Assembly (NCBI RefSeq): GCF_963921235.1
Contig: NC_086128.1
Span: 10,106,001 to 10,170,000, forward strand
Length of the DNA: 64,000 bases
Direction: 5' to 3'
Source of the DNA: Mobula hypostoma
Taxonomy: Eukaryota
Position numbers and translations under genes: made by a program. Shown here in pieces: positions 12,836 through 28,346 of this stretch. Under the pieces are notes generated by a model. The model saw only the letters and a list, made by a program, of their open reading frames with translations, was not told where the DNA came from and did no database searches. Within the stretch, counting starts at the first letter, position 1, and each line of letters starts with the position of its first letter.

Positions 12836-12952
12836 GAGTCCTGCCAAAGGGTCTCGGCCCAAAATATTGACTGTATTCTTTTCCATAGAAGCTGCCTGGC
12901 CTGCTGAGTTCCTCTAGAATTTTGTGCGTGTTGCTCAGATTTTCTCTTGTTT
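12836..12952 (+). mobile_element. Short Penelope pLTR-derived repeat with a degenerate hammerhead
   Basis: GAGTC-CTGCCAA-AGGGTCTCGGCCC-AAAA-TATT-GACTG plus the family tail. Confidence 0.75.
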
Positions 12953-13289
12953 GTGAGTAGAGTATTGATGATAGTTTACCAGTTGTTTTGACTTGAATTA
13001 ACCTGGGTCAGCCTGAACAACAGCAGCAGAGAGCATCACGCAGGCTTTAACAACCTCAGAGAAGGGGAGTATAGGGTGAGCTTTCTGCAGGATTCCTATC
13101 TGCAAGATTCCTGCACCTATTCCTGGCTCTTGGGTTGGCAAGTTCGGGGGGGGTGGGGCGGTCTCCATGGGTTAACCGATTCTATGAACTGTGGGGTGTC
13201 TAACTTGTTATTCCCAGCCCATTACCCTGAGATCATTTGATACAAAGGCCTTGTGCCAATCTACTTCCTCCACCTCTTCATTCCCCTGG

Positions 13290-13436
13290 GTGAAGAGGAC
13301 GACGGAGACTGGACAGCAGAAGCAGAGGAGCAAATTTGAGATCGCTTCGAGTCAGTGGACTGGACCATATTCCAGGATACATCAGCGAAACTTAACTGAA
13401 TATGCCAGTGACTTCATAAGAGCGTGGGGACGAGTG
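13290..13436 (+). mobile_element. Rex1/Babar LINE ORF fragment, left of the satellite
   Basis: Translates with frameshifts as WTAEAEEQI*DRFESVDWTIFQDTS..EYASDFIRA..DECIPTKT, the endonuclease-to-RT linker typical of Rex1/Babar. Confidence 0.75.
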
Positions 13437-16400
13437 TATACCCACAAAAACACCCCGAGACTTCTACCCACAAAACATTCTGAGATTTATACACACAAAA
13501 ACACTGTGAGACTTATACCCACAAAATCATTCCAAGATCTATACCCACAAAACATTCCGAGACTTATACTCACAAAAACACACTGAGATTTATACCCACA
13601 AAAGCATTCTGAGACTTATACCCACAAAAACACTCCAAGATTTATACCCAGAAAAACACTATGAGACTTATACCCACAAAACATTCCAAGATCTATACCC
13701 ACAAAACATTCCGAGATTAATACCCACAAAAACACACTGAGACTTATACCCACAAAACATTCTGAGACTTATACCCACAAAAACACTCCGAGATTTATAC
13801 CCACAAAAACACTATGAGACTTATACCCACAAAACATTCCAAGATCTATACCCACAAAACATTCCGAGATTTATACCCACAAAAACATTCCGAGATTTAT
13901 ACACATAAAACATTCCGAGACTTATACCCACAAAAACACGCCGAGACTTATACCCACAAAACATTCTGAGATTTATACAGACAAAAACATTCCGAGATTT
14001 ATACCCACAAAAACATGCCAAGACTTATACCCACAAAAACATCCAAGATCTATACCCACAAAACATTCCGAGATTTACATCCACAAAAGCATTCTGAGAT
14101 TTATACCCACAAACCATTCCGAGATTTATACTGACAAACCATTCCGAGATTTATATCCACAAAAGCATTTCGAGATTTATACCCACAAAAATATTCTGAG
14201 ATTTATACCCACAAAAACACTATGAGACTTATACCCACAAAACATTCCAACATCGATACCCACAAAACATTCCGAGATTAATACCCACAAAAACACACTG
14301 AGACTTATACCCACAAAACATTCTGAGACTTATACCCACAAAAACACTCCGAGATTTATACCCACAAAAACACTATGAGACTTATACCCACAAAACATTC
14401 CAAGATCTATACCCACAAAACATTCCGAGATTTATACCCACAAAAACATTCCGAGATTTATACACATAAAACATTCCGAGACTTATACCCACAAAAACAC
14501 GCCGAGACTTATACCCACAAAACATTCTGAGATTTATACAGACAAAAACATTCCGAGATTTATACCCACAAAAACATGCCAAGACTTATACCCACAAAAA
14601 CATCCAAGATCTATACCCACAAAACATTCCGAGATTTACATCCACAAAAGCATTCTGAGATTTATACCCACAAACCATTCCGAGATTTATACTGACAAAC
14701 CATTCCGAGATTTATATCCACAAAAGCATTTCGAGATTTATACCCACAAAAATATTCTGAGATTTATACCCACAAAAACACTATGAGACTTATACCCACA
14801 AAACATTCCAACATCGATACCCACAAAACATTCAGAGATTTATACCCACAAAAACACGCCGAGACTAATACCCACAAAACATTCTGAGATTTCTACAGAC
14901 AAAAACATTCCGAGATTTATACCCACAAAAAAACTATGAGACTTATACCCACAAAAACACTATGAGACTTATACCCACAAAACATTCCAAGATCTATACC
15001 CACAAAACATTCCGAGATTTATACCCACAACAACATTCCGAGATTTATACCCACAAAACATTCCGAGAGCTATACCCACAAAAATACCCCGAGACTTATA
15101 CCCAGAAAACATTCTGCGATTTTTACCCACAATGCATTCCGAGACCTATACCCACAAAAACAGTCTGAGATTTATACCCACAAACCATTACGAGATTCAT
15201 ATCCACAAAAGCATTTTGAGATTTATACCCACAAAAACATTCCGAGACTTATACCCACAAAAACATTCCGAGATTTATACCCACAAAAAAATTCCGAGAC
15301 TTATACTCACAAAGACATTCCGAGATTTATAACCACAAAACATTCTGAGACTTGTACCCAAAAAAACATTCCGAGATTTAAAACCAAAAAACATTCCGAG
15401 AGTTATATCCACAAAAACACTCCAAGATTTATACCCAGAAAAACACTATGAGACTTATACCCACAAAACATTCCAAGATCTATACCCACAAAACATTCCG
15501 AGATTTATACTCACAAAAACACACTGAGATTTATACCCACAAAACATTCTGAGACTTATACCCACAAAAACACTCCAAGATTTATACCCAGAAAAACACT
15601 ATGAGACTTATACCCACAAAACATTCCAAGATCTATACCCACAAAACATTCCGAGATTAATACCCACAAAAACACACTGAGACTTATACCCACAAAACAT
15701 TCTGAGACTTATACCCACAAAAACACTCCGAGATTTATACCCACAAAAACACTATGAGACTTATACCCACAAAACATTCCAAGATCTATACCCACAAAAC
15801 ATTCCGAGATTTATACCCACAAAAACATTCCGAGATTTATACCCACAAACCATTACGAGATTCATATCCACAAAAGCATTTTGAGATTTATACCCACAAA
15901 AACATTCCGAGACTTATACCCACAAAAACATTCCGAGATTTATACCCACAAAAAAATTCCGAGACTTATACTCACAAAGACATTCCGAGATTTATAACCA
16001 CAAAACATTCTGAGACTTGTACCCAAAAAAACATTCCGAGATTTAAAACCAAAAAACATTCCGAGAGTTATATCCACAAAAACACTCCAAGATTTATACC
16101 CAGAAAAACACTATGAGACTTATACCCACAAAACATTCCAAGATCTATACCCACAAAACATTCCGAGATTTATACTCACAAAAACACACTGAGATTTATA
16201 CCCACAAAACATTCTGAGACTTATACCCACAAAAACACTCCAAGATTTATACCCAGAAAAACACTATGAGACTTATACCCACAAAACATTCCAAGATCTA
16301 TACCCACAAAACATTCCGAGATTAATACCCACAAAAACACACTGAGACTTATACCCACAAAACATTCTGAGACTTATACCCACAAAAACACTCCGAGATT

Positions 16401-19400
16401 TATACCCACAAAAACACTATGAGACTTATACCCACAAAACATTCCAAGATCTATACCCACAAAACATTCCGAGATTTATACCCACAAAAACATTCCTAGA
16501 TTTATACACATAAAACATTCCGAGACTTATACCCACAAAAACACGCCGAGACTTATACCCACAAAACATTCTGAGATTTATACAGACAAAAACATTCCGA
16601 GATTTATACCCACAAAAACATGCCAAGACTTATACCCACAAAAACACTCCGAGATTTATACCCATAAAACATTCCGAGACTTATACCCACAAAAACATCC
16701 AAGATCTATACCCACAAAACATTCCGAGATTTACACCCACAAAAGCATTCTGAGATTTATACCCACAAACCATTCCGAGATTTATACTGACAAACCATTC
16801 CGAGATTTATATCCACAAAAGCATTTCGAGATTTATACCCACAAAAACACTCCGAGATTTATACCCATAAAACATTCCGAGACTTATACCCACAAAAACA
16901 TCCAAGATCTATACCCACAAAACATTCCGAGATTTACACCCACAAAAGCATTCTGAGATTTATACCCACAAACCATTCCGAGATTTATACTGACAAACCA
17001 TTCCGAGATTTATATCCACAAAAGCATTTCGAGATTTATACCCACAAAAATATTCTGAGATTTATACCCACAAAAACACTATGAGACTTATACCCACAAA
17101 ACAGTCCAACATCGATACCCACAAAACATTCAGAGATTTATACCCACAAAAACACGCCGAGACTTATACCCACAAAACATTCTGAGATTTATACAGACAA
17201 AAACATTCCGAGATTTATACCCACAAAAAAACTATGAGACTTATACCCACAAAAACACTATGAGACTTATACCCACAAAACATTCCAAGATCTATACCCA
17301 CAAAACATTCCGAGATTTATACCCACAAAACATTCTGAGAATTAGACCCACAAAAACACCCTGAGACTGATACTCACAAAAACACCCTGAGACTTATAAC
17401 CACAAAACATTCTGAGATTTATACCCACAAAAACATGCCAAGACTTATACCCACAAAAACACCCCGAGATGTATACCCACAAAACATTCCGAGACTTATA
17501 CCCACAAAAACATCCAAGATCTATACCCACAAAACATTCTGAGATTTACACTCACAAAAGCATTCTGAGATTTATACCCACAAACCATTCCGAGATTTAT
17601 AGCCACAAACCATTCCGAGATTTATATCCACAAAAGCATTTCGAGATTTATACCCACAAATATATTCCGAGATTTATACCCAAAAAAACACTATGAGACT
17701 TATACCCACAAAACATTCCAACATCGATACAGGCAAAACATTCCGAGATTTATACCCACAAAAACATTTCAAGATTTATACCCACAAAACATTCCGAGAC
17801 TTATACCCACAAAAACACTGCGAAATTTATAGCCACAGAAACACTATGAGACTTATACCCACAAAACATTTCAAGATCTATACCCACAAAACATTCCGAG
17901 ACTTATACTCACAAAAACACACTGAGACTTATACCCACAAAACATTCTGAGATTTATACACACAAAAACATTCCGAGATTTATACCCACAAAAACATTCC
18001 GAGACTTATACCCACAAAAACACTCCGAGATTTATACCCACAAAAACAATATGAGACTTATACCCACAAAAACATCCAAGATCTCTACCCACAAAACATT
18101 CCGAGATTTATACCCCCAAAAACATTCCAAGATTTATACACACAAAAACATTCCGAGGTTTATACCCACAAAAACATTCCGAGACTTATACCCACAAAAA
18201 CACTCCGAGATTTATACCCACAAAAACAATATGAGACTTATACCCACAAAAACATCCAAGATCTCTACCCACAAAACATTCCGAGATTTATACCCACAAA
18301 AACATTCCGAGATTTATACCCACAAAGCATTCCGAGATTTATATCCACAAAAGCATTCCGAGATTTATACCCACAAAGACATTCCGAGATTTATACCCAC
18401 AAACCATTCCGAGATTTATACCCACAAAAACGCTCCGAGATTTATACCCACAAAAACACTATGAGACTTATACCCACAAAGCATTCCAAGATCTATACCC
18501 ACAAAAGATTCCGAGATTTACACCCACAAAAACACTATAAGACTTATACCCACAAAACATTATGAGGTTTATACCCACAAAACATTCCAAGATTTATATC
18601 CACAAAAGCATTCCGAGATTTATACCCACAAAAACACCCCGAGACTTATACCCACAAAACATTCTGAGATTTATACCCTTAAAAACATTCCGAGATTTAC
18701 ACCCACAAAATATTCCGAGACTTATACTCACAAAAACAACCCCGAGACTTATACCCACAAAACATTCCGAGACTTATACTCACAAAAACACCCCGAGACT
18801 TATACCCACAAAACATTCTGAGATTTATACCCACAAAAACATTCCGAGATTTGTACCCACAAAAGCATTCCGAGATTTATACCCACAAAAACATTCCGAG
18901 ACTTATACCCACAAAAACACTATGAGACTTATACCCACAAAACAATCCAAGATCTATACCCACAAAACATTCCAAGATTTATACCCACAAAAACATACCG
19001 AGATTTATACCCACAAAACATTCCGAGATTTATATCCACAAAAGCATTCCGAGATTTATACCCACAAATACGTTCCGAGATTTATACCCACAAAAATATT
19101 CCGAGATTTATACCCACAAAAACATTCCGAGATTTATACCCACAAAACATTCCGAGACTTATACCCACAAAAACACTCCGAGATTTATACCCACAAAAAC
19201 ACTATGAGACTTATACCCACAAAGCATTCCAAGATCTATACCCACAAAAGATTCCGAGATTTACACCCACAAAAACACTATGAGACTTATACCCACAAAA
19301 CATTCTGAGATTTATACCCACAAAACATTCCGAGATTTATATCCACAAAAGCATTCCGAGATTTATACCCACAAAAACACCCCGAGACTTATACCCACAA

Positions 19401-22400
19401 AACATTCTGAGATTTATACCCTTAAAAACATTCCGAGATTTACACCCACAAAACATTCCGAGACTTATACTCACAGAAACAACCCCGAGACTTATACCCA
19501 CAAAACATTCCGAGACTTATACTCACAAAAACACCCCGAGACTTATACCCACAAAACATTCTGAGATTTATACCCACAAAAACATTCCGAGATTTGTACC
19601 CACAAAACATTCTGAGACCTATACCCACAAAAACATTCCGAGACTTGTACCCACAAAACACTATGAGACTTATACCCACAAAACAATCCAAGATCTATAC
19701 CCACAAAACATTCCAAGATTTATACCCACAAAAACATTCCGAGATTTATACCCACAAAACATTCCGAGACCTATACCCACAAAAACACCCCGAGACTTAT
19801 ACCCAGAAAACATTCTGCGATTTATACCCACAATGCATTCCGAGACCTATACCCACAAAAACATTCCGAGACATATACCCATAAAAACATCCAAGATTTA
19901 TACCCACAAAAACACTATGAGACGTATACCCACAAAACATTCCAAGATTTATACCCACAAAAACATTCCGAGATTTATACTCACAAAACATTCTGAGGCC
20001 TATACCCACATAAACATTCCGAGATTTATACCCACAAACCATTCCGAGATTTATACCCACAAAAGCATTTTGAGATTTATAACCACAAAAACATTCCGAG
20101 ACTTATACCCACAAAAACATTCCGAGATTTATACCCACAAAAAATTCCGAGACTTATACTCACAAAGACATTCCGAGATTTATACCCACAAAACATTCTG
20201 AGTCTTGTACCCACAAAAACATACCGAGATTTAAAACCAAAAAAAAATTCCGAGACTTATACCCACAAAAACACTCCGAGATTTACACCCACAAAAACAC
20301 TATGAGACATATACCCACAAAACATTCCAAGATCTATACTCACAAAAGATTCTGAGATTTGCACCCATAAAAACACTATGAGACTTACACCCACAAAACA
20401 TTCCAAGATCTATACCCACAAAACATTCCGAGATTTACACCCACAATAGCATTCCGAGATTTATATGCACAAAAGTATTCTGAGATTTATACCCACAAAC
20501 CATTCCTAGATTTACATCTACAAAAGCATTCCGAAATTTATACACACAAAACATTCCGAGATTTACACCCACAAAAGCATTCCGAGATGTATACCCACAA
20601 AAGCATTTATAGATTTATACCCATAAACCATTCCGAGATTTATATCCATAAAAACATTCGGAAATTTATACCCACAAACCATTCCGAGATTTATATCCAC
20701 AAAAGTATTTTGAGATTTATACCCACAAAAACATGCCGAGAATTATACCCACAAAAACATTCCGAGATTTATACCCACAAAAAATTCCGACACTTATACT
20801 CACAAAGACATTCCGAGATTTATCCCCACAAAACATTCTGAGACTTATACCCACAAAAACATTCCGAGATTTGTACACACAAAACATTCCGAGACCTATA
20901 CCCACAAAAACATTCCGAGACTTATACCCACAAAAACATTCCGAGATTTATACCCACAAAACACTATGAGACTCATACCCACAAAACAATCCAAGATCTA
21001 TACCCACAAAATATTCCGAGATTTATACCCACAAAAACATTCCGAGATTTATACCCACAAAAACATTCCGAGATTTATACCCACAAAAACATTCTGAGAT
21101 TTATACCCACAAAACATTCCGAGACCTATACCCACAAAAATACCCTGAGACTTATACCCAGAAAACATTCTGCGATTTATACCCACAATGCATTCCGAGA
21201 CCTATACCAAGAAAAACATTCCGAGATTTATACCTACAAACCATTCCGAGATTTATACCCACAAAAGCATTTTGAGATTTATACCCACAAAAACATTCCG
21301 AGATTTATACCCACAAAAAAATTCCGAGACTTATACTCACAAAGACATTCCGAGATTTATACCCACAAAACATTCTGAGACTTGTACCCACAAAAACATT
21401 CCGAGATTTAAAACCAAAAAACATTCCGAGACTTATACCCACAAATACACTCCGAGATTTACACCCACAAAAACACTATGAGACTTATACCCACAAAACA
21501 TTCCAAGATCTATACCCACAAAACATTCCGAGATTTACACCCACAAAAGCATTCCGAGATTTATATGCACAAAAGTATTCCGAGATTTCTACCCACATAC
21601 CATTCCTAGATTTATATCTACAAAAGCATTCCGAAATTTATACCCACAAAACATTCCGAGATTTACACCCACAAATGCATTCCGAGATGTATAACCACAA
21701 AAGCATTCCGAGATTTATACCCATAAACCATTCCGAGATTTATATCCATAAAAGCATTGTGAAATTTGTACCCACAAACCATTCCGAAATTTATATCCAC
21801 AAAAGTATTTCGAGATTTATACCCACAAAAACATTCCGAGACTTATACCCACTAAAACATTCCGAGACTTATACTCACAAAGACATTCCGTGATTTATAC
21901 CCACAAAATATTCTGAGACTTATACCCACAAAAACATTCCGAGATTTATACCCACAAAAACATTCCGAGATTTATACCCACAAAACATTCCGAGACTTAT
22001 ACCCACAAAACATTCCGAGACTTGTACTCACAAAGACATTCCGAGATTTATACCCACAAACCATTCCGAGATTTATACCCACAAAAACGCTCCGAGATTT
22101 ATACCCACAAAAACACTATGAGACTTATACCCACAAAACATTCCAAGATCTATACCCACAAAACATTCCGAGATTTACACCCACAAAAACATTCCGAGAT
22201 TTATACCCACAAAACATTCCGAGACTTATACCCACAAAAACACCCCGTGACTTATCCCCACAAAACATTCTGAGATTTATAGCCACAAAAACATTCCGAG
22301 ATTTATACCCACAAAACATTCCGAGACTTATACCCACAAAAGCACCCGAGACCTTTCCCCATAAAACATTCTGAGATTTATACTCACAAAAACACCCCGA

Positions 22401-25400
22401 GACTTATACCACAAAACATTCCGAGATTTATACCCACAGAAATACTTCGAGATTTATACCCACAAAACACTATGAGACTTATACCCACAAAACATTCCCA
22501 GATCTATACCGACAAAACATTCGGAGATTTATACCCACAAAACATTCCAAGATTTATATCCACAAAAGCATTCCGAGATTTATACCCACAAAAACACCCC
22601 AAGAATTATACCCACAAGACATTCTGAGATTTATACCCACAAAAACATTCCGAGATTTATGCCCACAAAAACACTATGAGACTTATACCCACAAAATATT
22701 CCAAGATCTATACCCACAAAACATTCCGAGATTTACACCCACAAAAACTCTATGAGACTTATACCCACAAAATATTCCAAGATCTATACCCACAAAACAT
22801 TCCGAGATGTATACCCACAAAAGCATTCCGAGATTTATACCCATAAACCATTCCGAGATTTATATCCATAAAAGCATTCTGAAATTTATACCCACTAACC
22901 ATTCCGAGATTTATATCCACAAAAGTATTTCGAGATTTATACCCACAAAAACATTCCGAGACTTATCCCCACAAAAACATTCCGAGATTTATACCCACAA
23001 AACATTCCGACACTTATACTCACAAAAACATTCCGAGATTTATACCCACAAAACATTCTGAGACTTATACCCACTAAAACATTCCGAGAATTATACCCAC
23101 AAAGCATTCCGAGACTTATACTCACAAAGACATTCCGTGATTTATACCCACAAAACATTCCGAGACTTATACCCACAAAAACACTTCGAGATTTATACCC
23201 ACAAAAACACTATGAGACTTATACCCACAAAGCATTCCAAGATCTATACCCACAAAACTTTCCAAGATTTACACCCACAAAAACATTCCGAGATTTATAC
23301 CCACAAAAGCATTCCGAGATTTATACCCACAAACCATTCCGAGATTTATATCCACAAAAGCATTCCGAGATTTATACCCACAAATACGTTCCGAGATTTA
23401 TACCCACAAATCATTCCGAGACGTATACTCACAAAGACATTCCGAGATTTATACCCACAAACCATTCCGAGATTTATACCCACAAAAACGCTCCGAGATT
23501 TATACCCACAAAAACACTATGAGACTTATACCCACAAAGCATTCCAAGATCTATACCCACAAAAGATTCCGAGATTTACACCCACAAAAACACTATGAGA
23601 CTTATACCCACAAAACATTCCAAGATCTATACCCACAAAACATTCTGAGGTTTATACCCACAAAACATTCCAAGATTTATATCCACAAAAGCATTCCGAG
23701 ATTTATACCCACAAAAACACCCCGAGACTTATACCCACAAAACATTCTGAGATTTATACCCTTAAAAACATTCCGAGATTTACACCCACAAAACATTCCG
23801 AGACTTATACTCACAGAAACAACCCCGAGACTTATACCCACAAAACATTCCGAGACTTATACCCACAAAAACATTCCGAGACTTACACCCACAATGCATT
23901 CCGAGACTTATACTCACAGAAACACCCCGAGACTTATACCCACAAAACATTCCGAGATTTATACCCACTAAAATACTCCGAGATATATGCCCACAAAACA
24001 CAATGAGACTTATACCCACAAAACATTCCAAGATCAATACCGACAAAACATTCCAAGATTTATACCCACAAAACATTCCAAGATTTATATCCACAAAAGC
24101 ATTCCGAGATTTATACCCACAAAACATTCCGAGACTTATACCCACAAAAACACCCTGAGACCTTTCCCCATAAAACATTCTGAGATTTATACCTACAAAA
24201 ACACCCCGAGACTTATATCCACAAAACATTCTGAGATTTATACCCACAAAAACATTCCGAGATTTAGACCCACAAAACATTCCAAGACTTATACCCACAA
24301 AAACATTCCGAGACTTATACCCACAAAAATACTCTGAGATTTATTCCCTCAAAACACTATGAGACTTATACCCACAAAACATTCCAAGATCTATACCCAC
24401 AAAACATTCCGAGGTTTATACCCACAAAACATTCCAAGATCTATACCCACAAAACATTCCGAGGTTTATACCCACAAAACATTCCAAGATTTATATCCTC
24501 TAAAGCATTCCGAGATTTATACCCACAAAAACACCCCGAGACTTATACCCACAAAACATTCCAAGATTTATACCCACAAAACATTCTGAGATTTATACCC
24601 ACAAAAACATTCCGAGATTTGTACCCACAAAACATTCTGAGACCTATACCCACAAAAACATTCCGAGACTTGTACCCACAAAACACTATGAGACTTATAC
24701 CCACAAAACAATCCAAGATCTATACCCACAAAACATTCCAAGATTCATACCCACAAAAACATACCGAGATTTATACCCACAAAACATTCCGAGACCTATA
24801 CCCACAAAAACACCCCGAGACTTATACCCAGAAAACATTCTGCGATTTATACCCACAATGCATTCCGAGACCTATACCCACAAAAACATTCCGAGACATA
24901 TACCCATAAAAACATCCAAGATTTATACCCACAAAAACACTATGAGACGTATACCCACAAAACATTCCAAGATTTATACCCACAAAAACATTCCGAGATT
25001 TATACTCACAAAACATTCTGAGGCCTATACCCACATAAACATTCCGAGATTTATACCCACAAACCATTCCGAGATTTATACCCACAAAAGCATTTTGAGA
25101 TTGATAACCACAAAAACATTCCGAGACTTATACCCACAAAAACATTCCGAGATTTATACCCACAAAAAAATTCCGAGACTTATACTTACAAAGACATTCC
25201 GAGATTTATACCCACAAAACATTCTGAGTCTTGTACCCACAAAAGCATACCGAGATTTAAAACCAAAAAAAAATTCCGAGACTTATACCCACAAAAACAC
25301 TCTGAGATTTGCACCCACAAAAACACTATGAGACATATACCCACAAAACATTCCAAGATCTATACTCACAAAAGATTCTGAGATTTGCACCCATAAAAAC

Positions 25401-28346
25401 ACTATGAGACTTACACCCACAAAACATTCCAAGATCTATACCCACAAAACATTCCAAGATTTACACCCACAATAGCATTCCGAGATTTACATGCACAAAA
25501 GTATTCTGAGATTTATACCCACAAACCATTCCTAGATTTACATCTACAAAAGCATTCCGAAATTTATACCCACAAAACATTCCGAGATTTACACGTACAA
25601 AAGCATTCCGAGATGTATACCCACAAAAGCATTTAGAGATTTATACCCATAAACCATTCCGAGATTTGTATCCATAAAAGCATTCGGAAATTTATACCCA
25701 CAAACCATTCCGAGATTTATATCCACAAAAGTATTTTGAGATTTATACCCACAAAAACATGCCGAGAATTATACCCACAAAAACATTCCGAGATTTATAC
25801 CCACAAAAAATTCCGACACTTATACTCACAAAGACATTCCGAGATTTATCCCCACAAAACATTCTGAGACTTATACCCACAAAAACATTCCGAGATTTGT
25901 ACACACAAAACATTCCGAGACCTATACCCACAAAAACATTCCGAGACTTATACCCACAAAAACATTCCGAGATTTATACCCACAAAACACTATGAGACTC
26001 ATACCCACAAAACAATCCAAGATCTATACCCACAAAATATTCCGAGATTTATACCCACAAAAGCATTTTGAGATTTATACCCACAAAAACATTACGAGAC
26101 TTATACCCACAAAAACATTCTGAGATTTATACCCACAAAACATTCTGAGACCTATACCCACAAAAATACCCTGAGACTTATACCCAGAAAACATTCTGCG
26201 ATTTATACCCACAATGCATTCCGAGACCTATACCCACAAAAACAGTCTGAGATTTATACCCACAAACCATTCCGAGATTTATACCCACAAAAGCATTTTG
26301 AGATTTATACCCACAAAAACATTCCGAGATTTATACCCACAAAAAAATTCCGAGACTTATACTCACAAAGACATTCCGAGATTTATACCCACAAAACATT
26401 CTGAGACTTGTACCCACAAAAACATTCCGAGATTTAAAACCAAAAAACATTCCGAGACTTATACCCACAAATACACTCCGAGATTTACACCCACAAAAAC
26501 ACTATGAGACTTATACACACAAAACATTCCAAGATCTATACCCACAAAACATTCCGAGATTTACACCCACAAAAGCATTCCGAGATTTATATGCACAAAA
26601 GTATTCCGAGATTTATACCCACATACCATTCCTAGATTTATATCTACAAAAGCATTCCGAAATTTATACCCACAAAACATTCCGAGATTTACACCCACAA
26701 ATGCATTCCGAGATGTATAACCACAAAAGCATTCCGAGATTTATACCCATAAACCATTCCGAGATTTATATCCATAAAAGCATTCTGAAATTTGTACCCA
26801 CAAACCATTCCGAAATTTATATCCACAAAAGTATTTCGAGATTTATACCCACAAAAACATTCCGAGACTTATACCCACTAAAACATTCCGAGACTTATAC
26901 TCACAAAGACATTCCGTGATTTATACCCACAAAATATTCTGAGACTTATACCCAGAAAAACATTCCGAGATTTATACCCCAAAACGTTCCGAGATTTATA
27001 CCCCAAAACGTTCCGAGATTTATACCCACAAAACATTCCGAGACTTGTACTCACAAAGACATTCCGAGATTTATACCCACAAACCATTCCGAGATTTATA
27101 CCCACAAAAACGCTCCGAGATTTATACCCACAAAAACACTATGAGACTTATACCCACAAAACATTCCAAGATCTATACCCACAAAACATTCCGAGATTTA
27201 CACCCACAAAAACATTCCGAGATTTATACCCACAAAACATTCCGAGACTTATACCCACAAAAACACCCCGTGACTTATCCCCACAAAACATTCTGAGATT
27301 TATAGCCACAAAAACATTCCGAGATTTATACCCACAAAACATTCCGAGACTTATACCCACAAAAGCACCCGAGACCTTTCCCCATAAAACATTCTGAGAT
27401 TTATACTCACAAAAACACCCCGAGACTTATACCACAAAACATTCCGAGATTTATACCCACAAAAATACTTCGAGATTTATACCCACAAAACATTCCCAGA
27501 TCTATACCGACAAAACATTCGGAGATTTATACCCACAAAACATTCCAAGATTTATATCCACAAAAGCATTCCGAGATTTATACCCACAAAAACACCCCAA
27601 GAATTATACCCACAAGACATTCTGAGATTTATACCCACAAAAACATTCCGAGATTTATGCCCACAAAAACACTATGAGACTTATACCCACAAAATATTCC
27701 AAGATCTATACCCACAAAACATTCCGAGATTTACACCCACAAAAACTCTATGAGACTTATACCCACAAAATATTCTGAGATTTATACCCACAATAACATT
27801 CCGAGATTTATACCCACAAAACATTCCGAGACTTATACCCAGAAAAACTCCCCGAGACTTATACCCATAAAACATTCTGAGATTTATACCCACAAAAATA
27901 TTCCGAGATTTATACCCACAAAACATTCCGAGACCTATACCCACAAAAACACTCCGAGACCTATACCCACAAAAACATTCCGAGACTTATACCCACAAAA
28001 ACACTCCAAGATTTATACCCACAAAACACTATGAGACTTACACCCACAAAACATTCCAAGATGTATACCCACAAAACATTCTGAGATTTATACCCACAAA
28101 AGTATTCCGAGGTTTATACCCACAAACCATTCCGACATTTCTATCCATAAAAGCATTTCGAGATTTATACCCACAAAAACATTCCGAGATTTATACCCAC
28201 AAAAACATTCCGAGACTTATACCCACAAAACATTCCGAGATTCATACCCACAAAACATTCCGAGACTTATACTCACAAAAAGCATTCTGAGATTTATACC
28301 CACAAAAACATTCTGAGACTTATACCCCCAAAAGCATTCAGAGATT
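13432..28346 (+). repeat. Tandem satellite/minisatellite array, 25-26 bp monomer GAGA(T/C)TTATACCCACAAAA(A)CATTCC, roughly 580-590 copies
   Basis: Directly visible head-to-tail repeats over ~14.9 kb with no interruption by other elements; higher-order duplications present. Confidence 0.98.

Noticed and set aside
13432-28346. CRISPR array
   Set aside because: Monomers are directly head-to-tail with no unique spacers, there are no cas genes, and the context is eukaryotic.
13432-28346. Repetitive protein-coding gene (IPTKTFRDLYPQKHSEIYTHK ORFs)
   Set aside because: Monomers alternate irregularly between 25 and 26 bp, so frames shift constantly and stops are frequent. The ORFs are by-products of the repeat.
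13432-28346. Telomeric or yeast-like long telomere repeat, or a G-quadruplex array
   Set aside because: It is not TTAGGG, it is interstitial, and it is explained by the Rex1 seed. There is only one GGG tract per ~25 nt, so loops are too long for a convincing G4.
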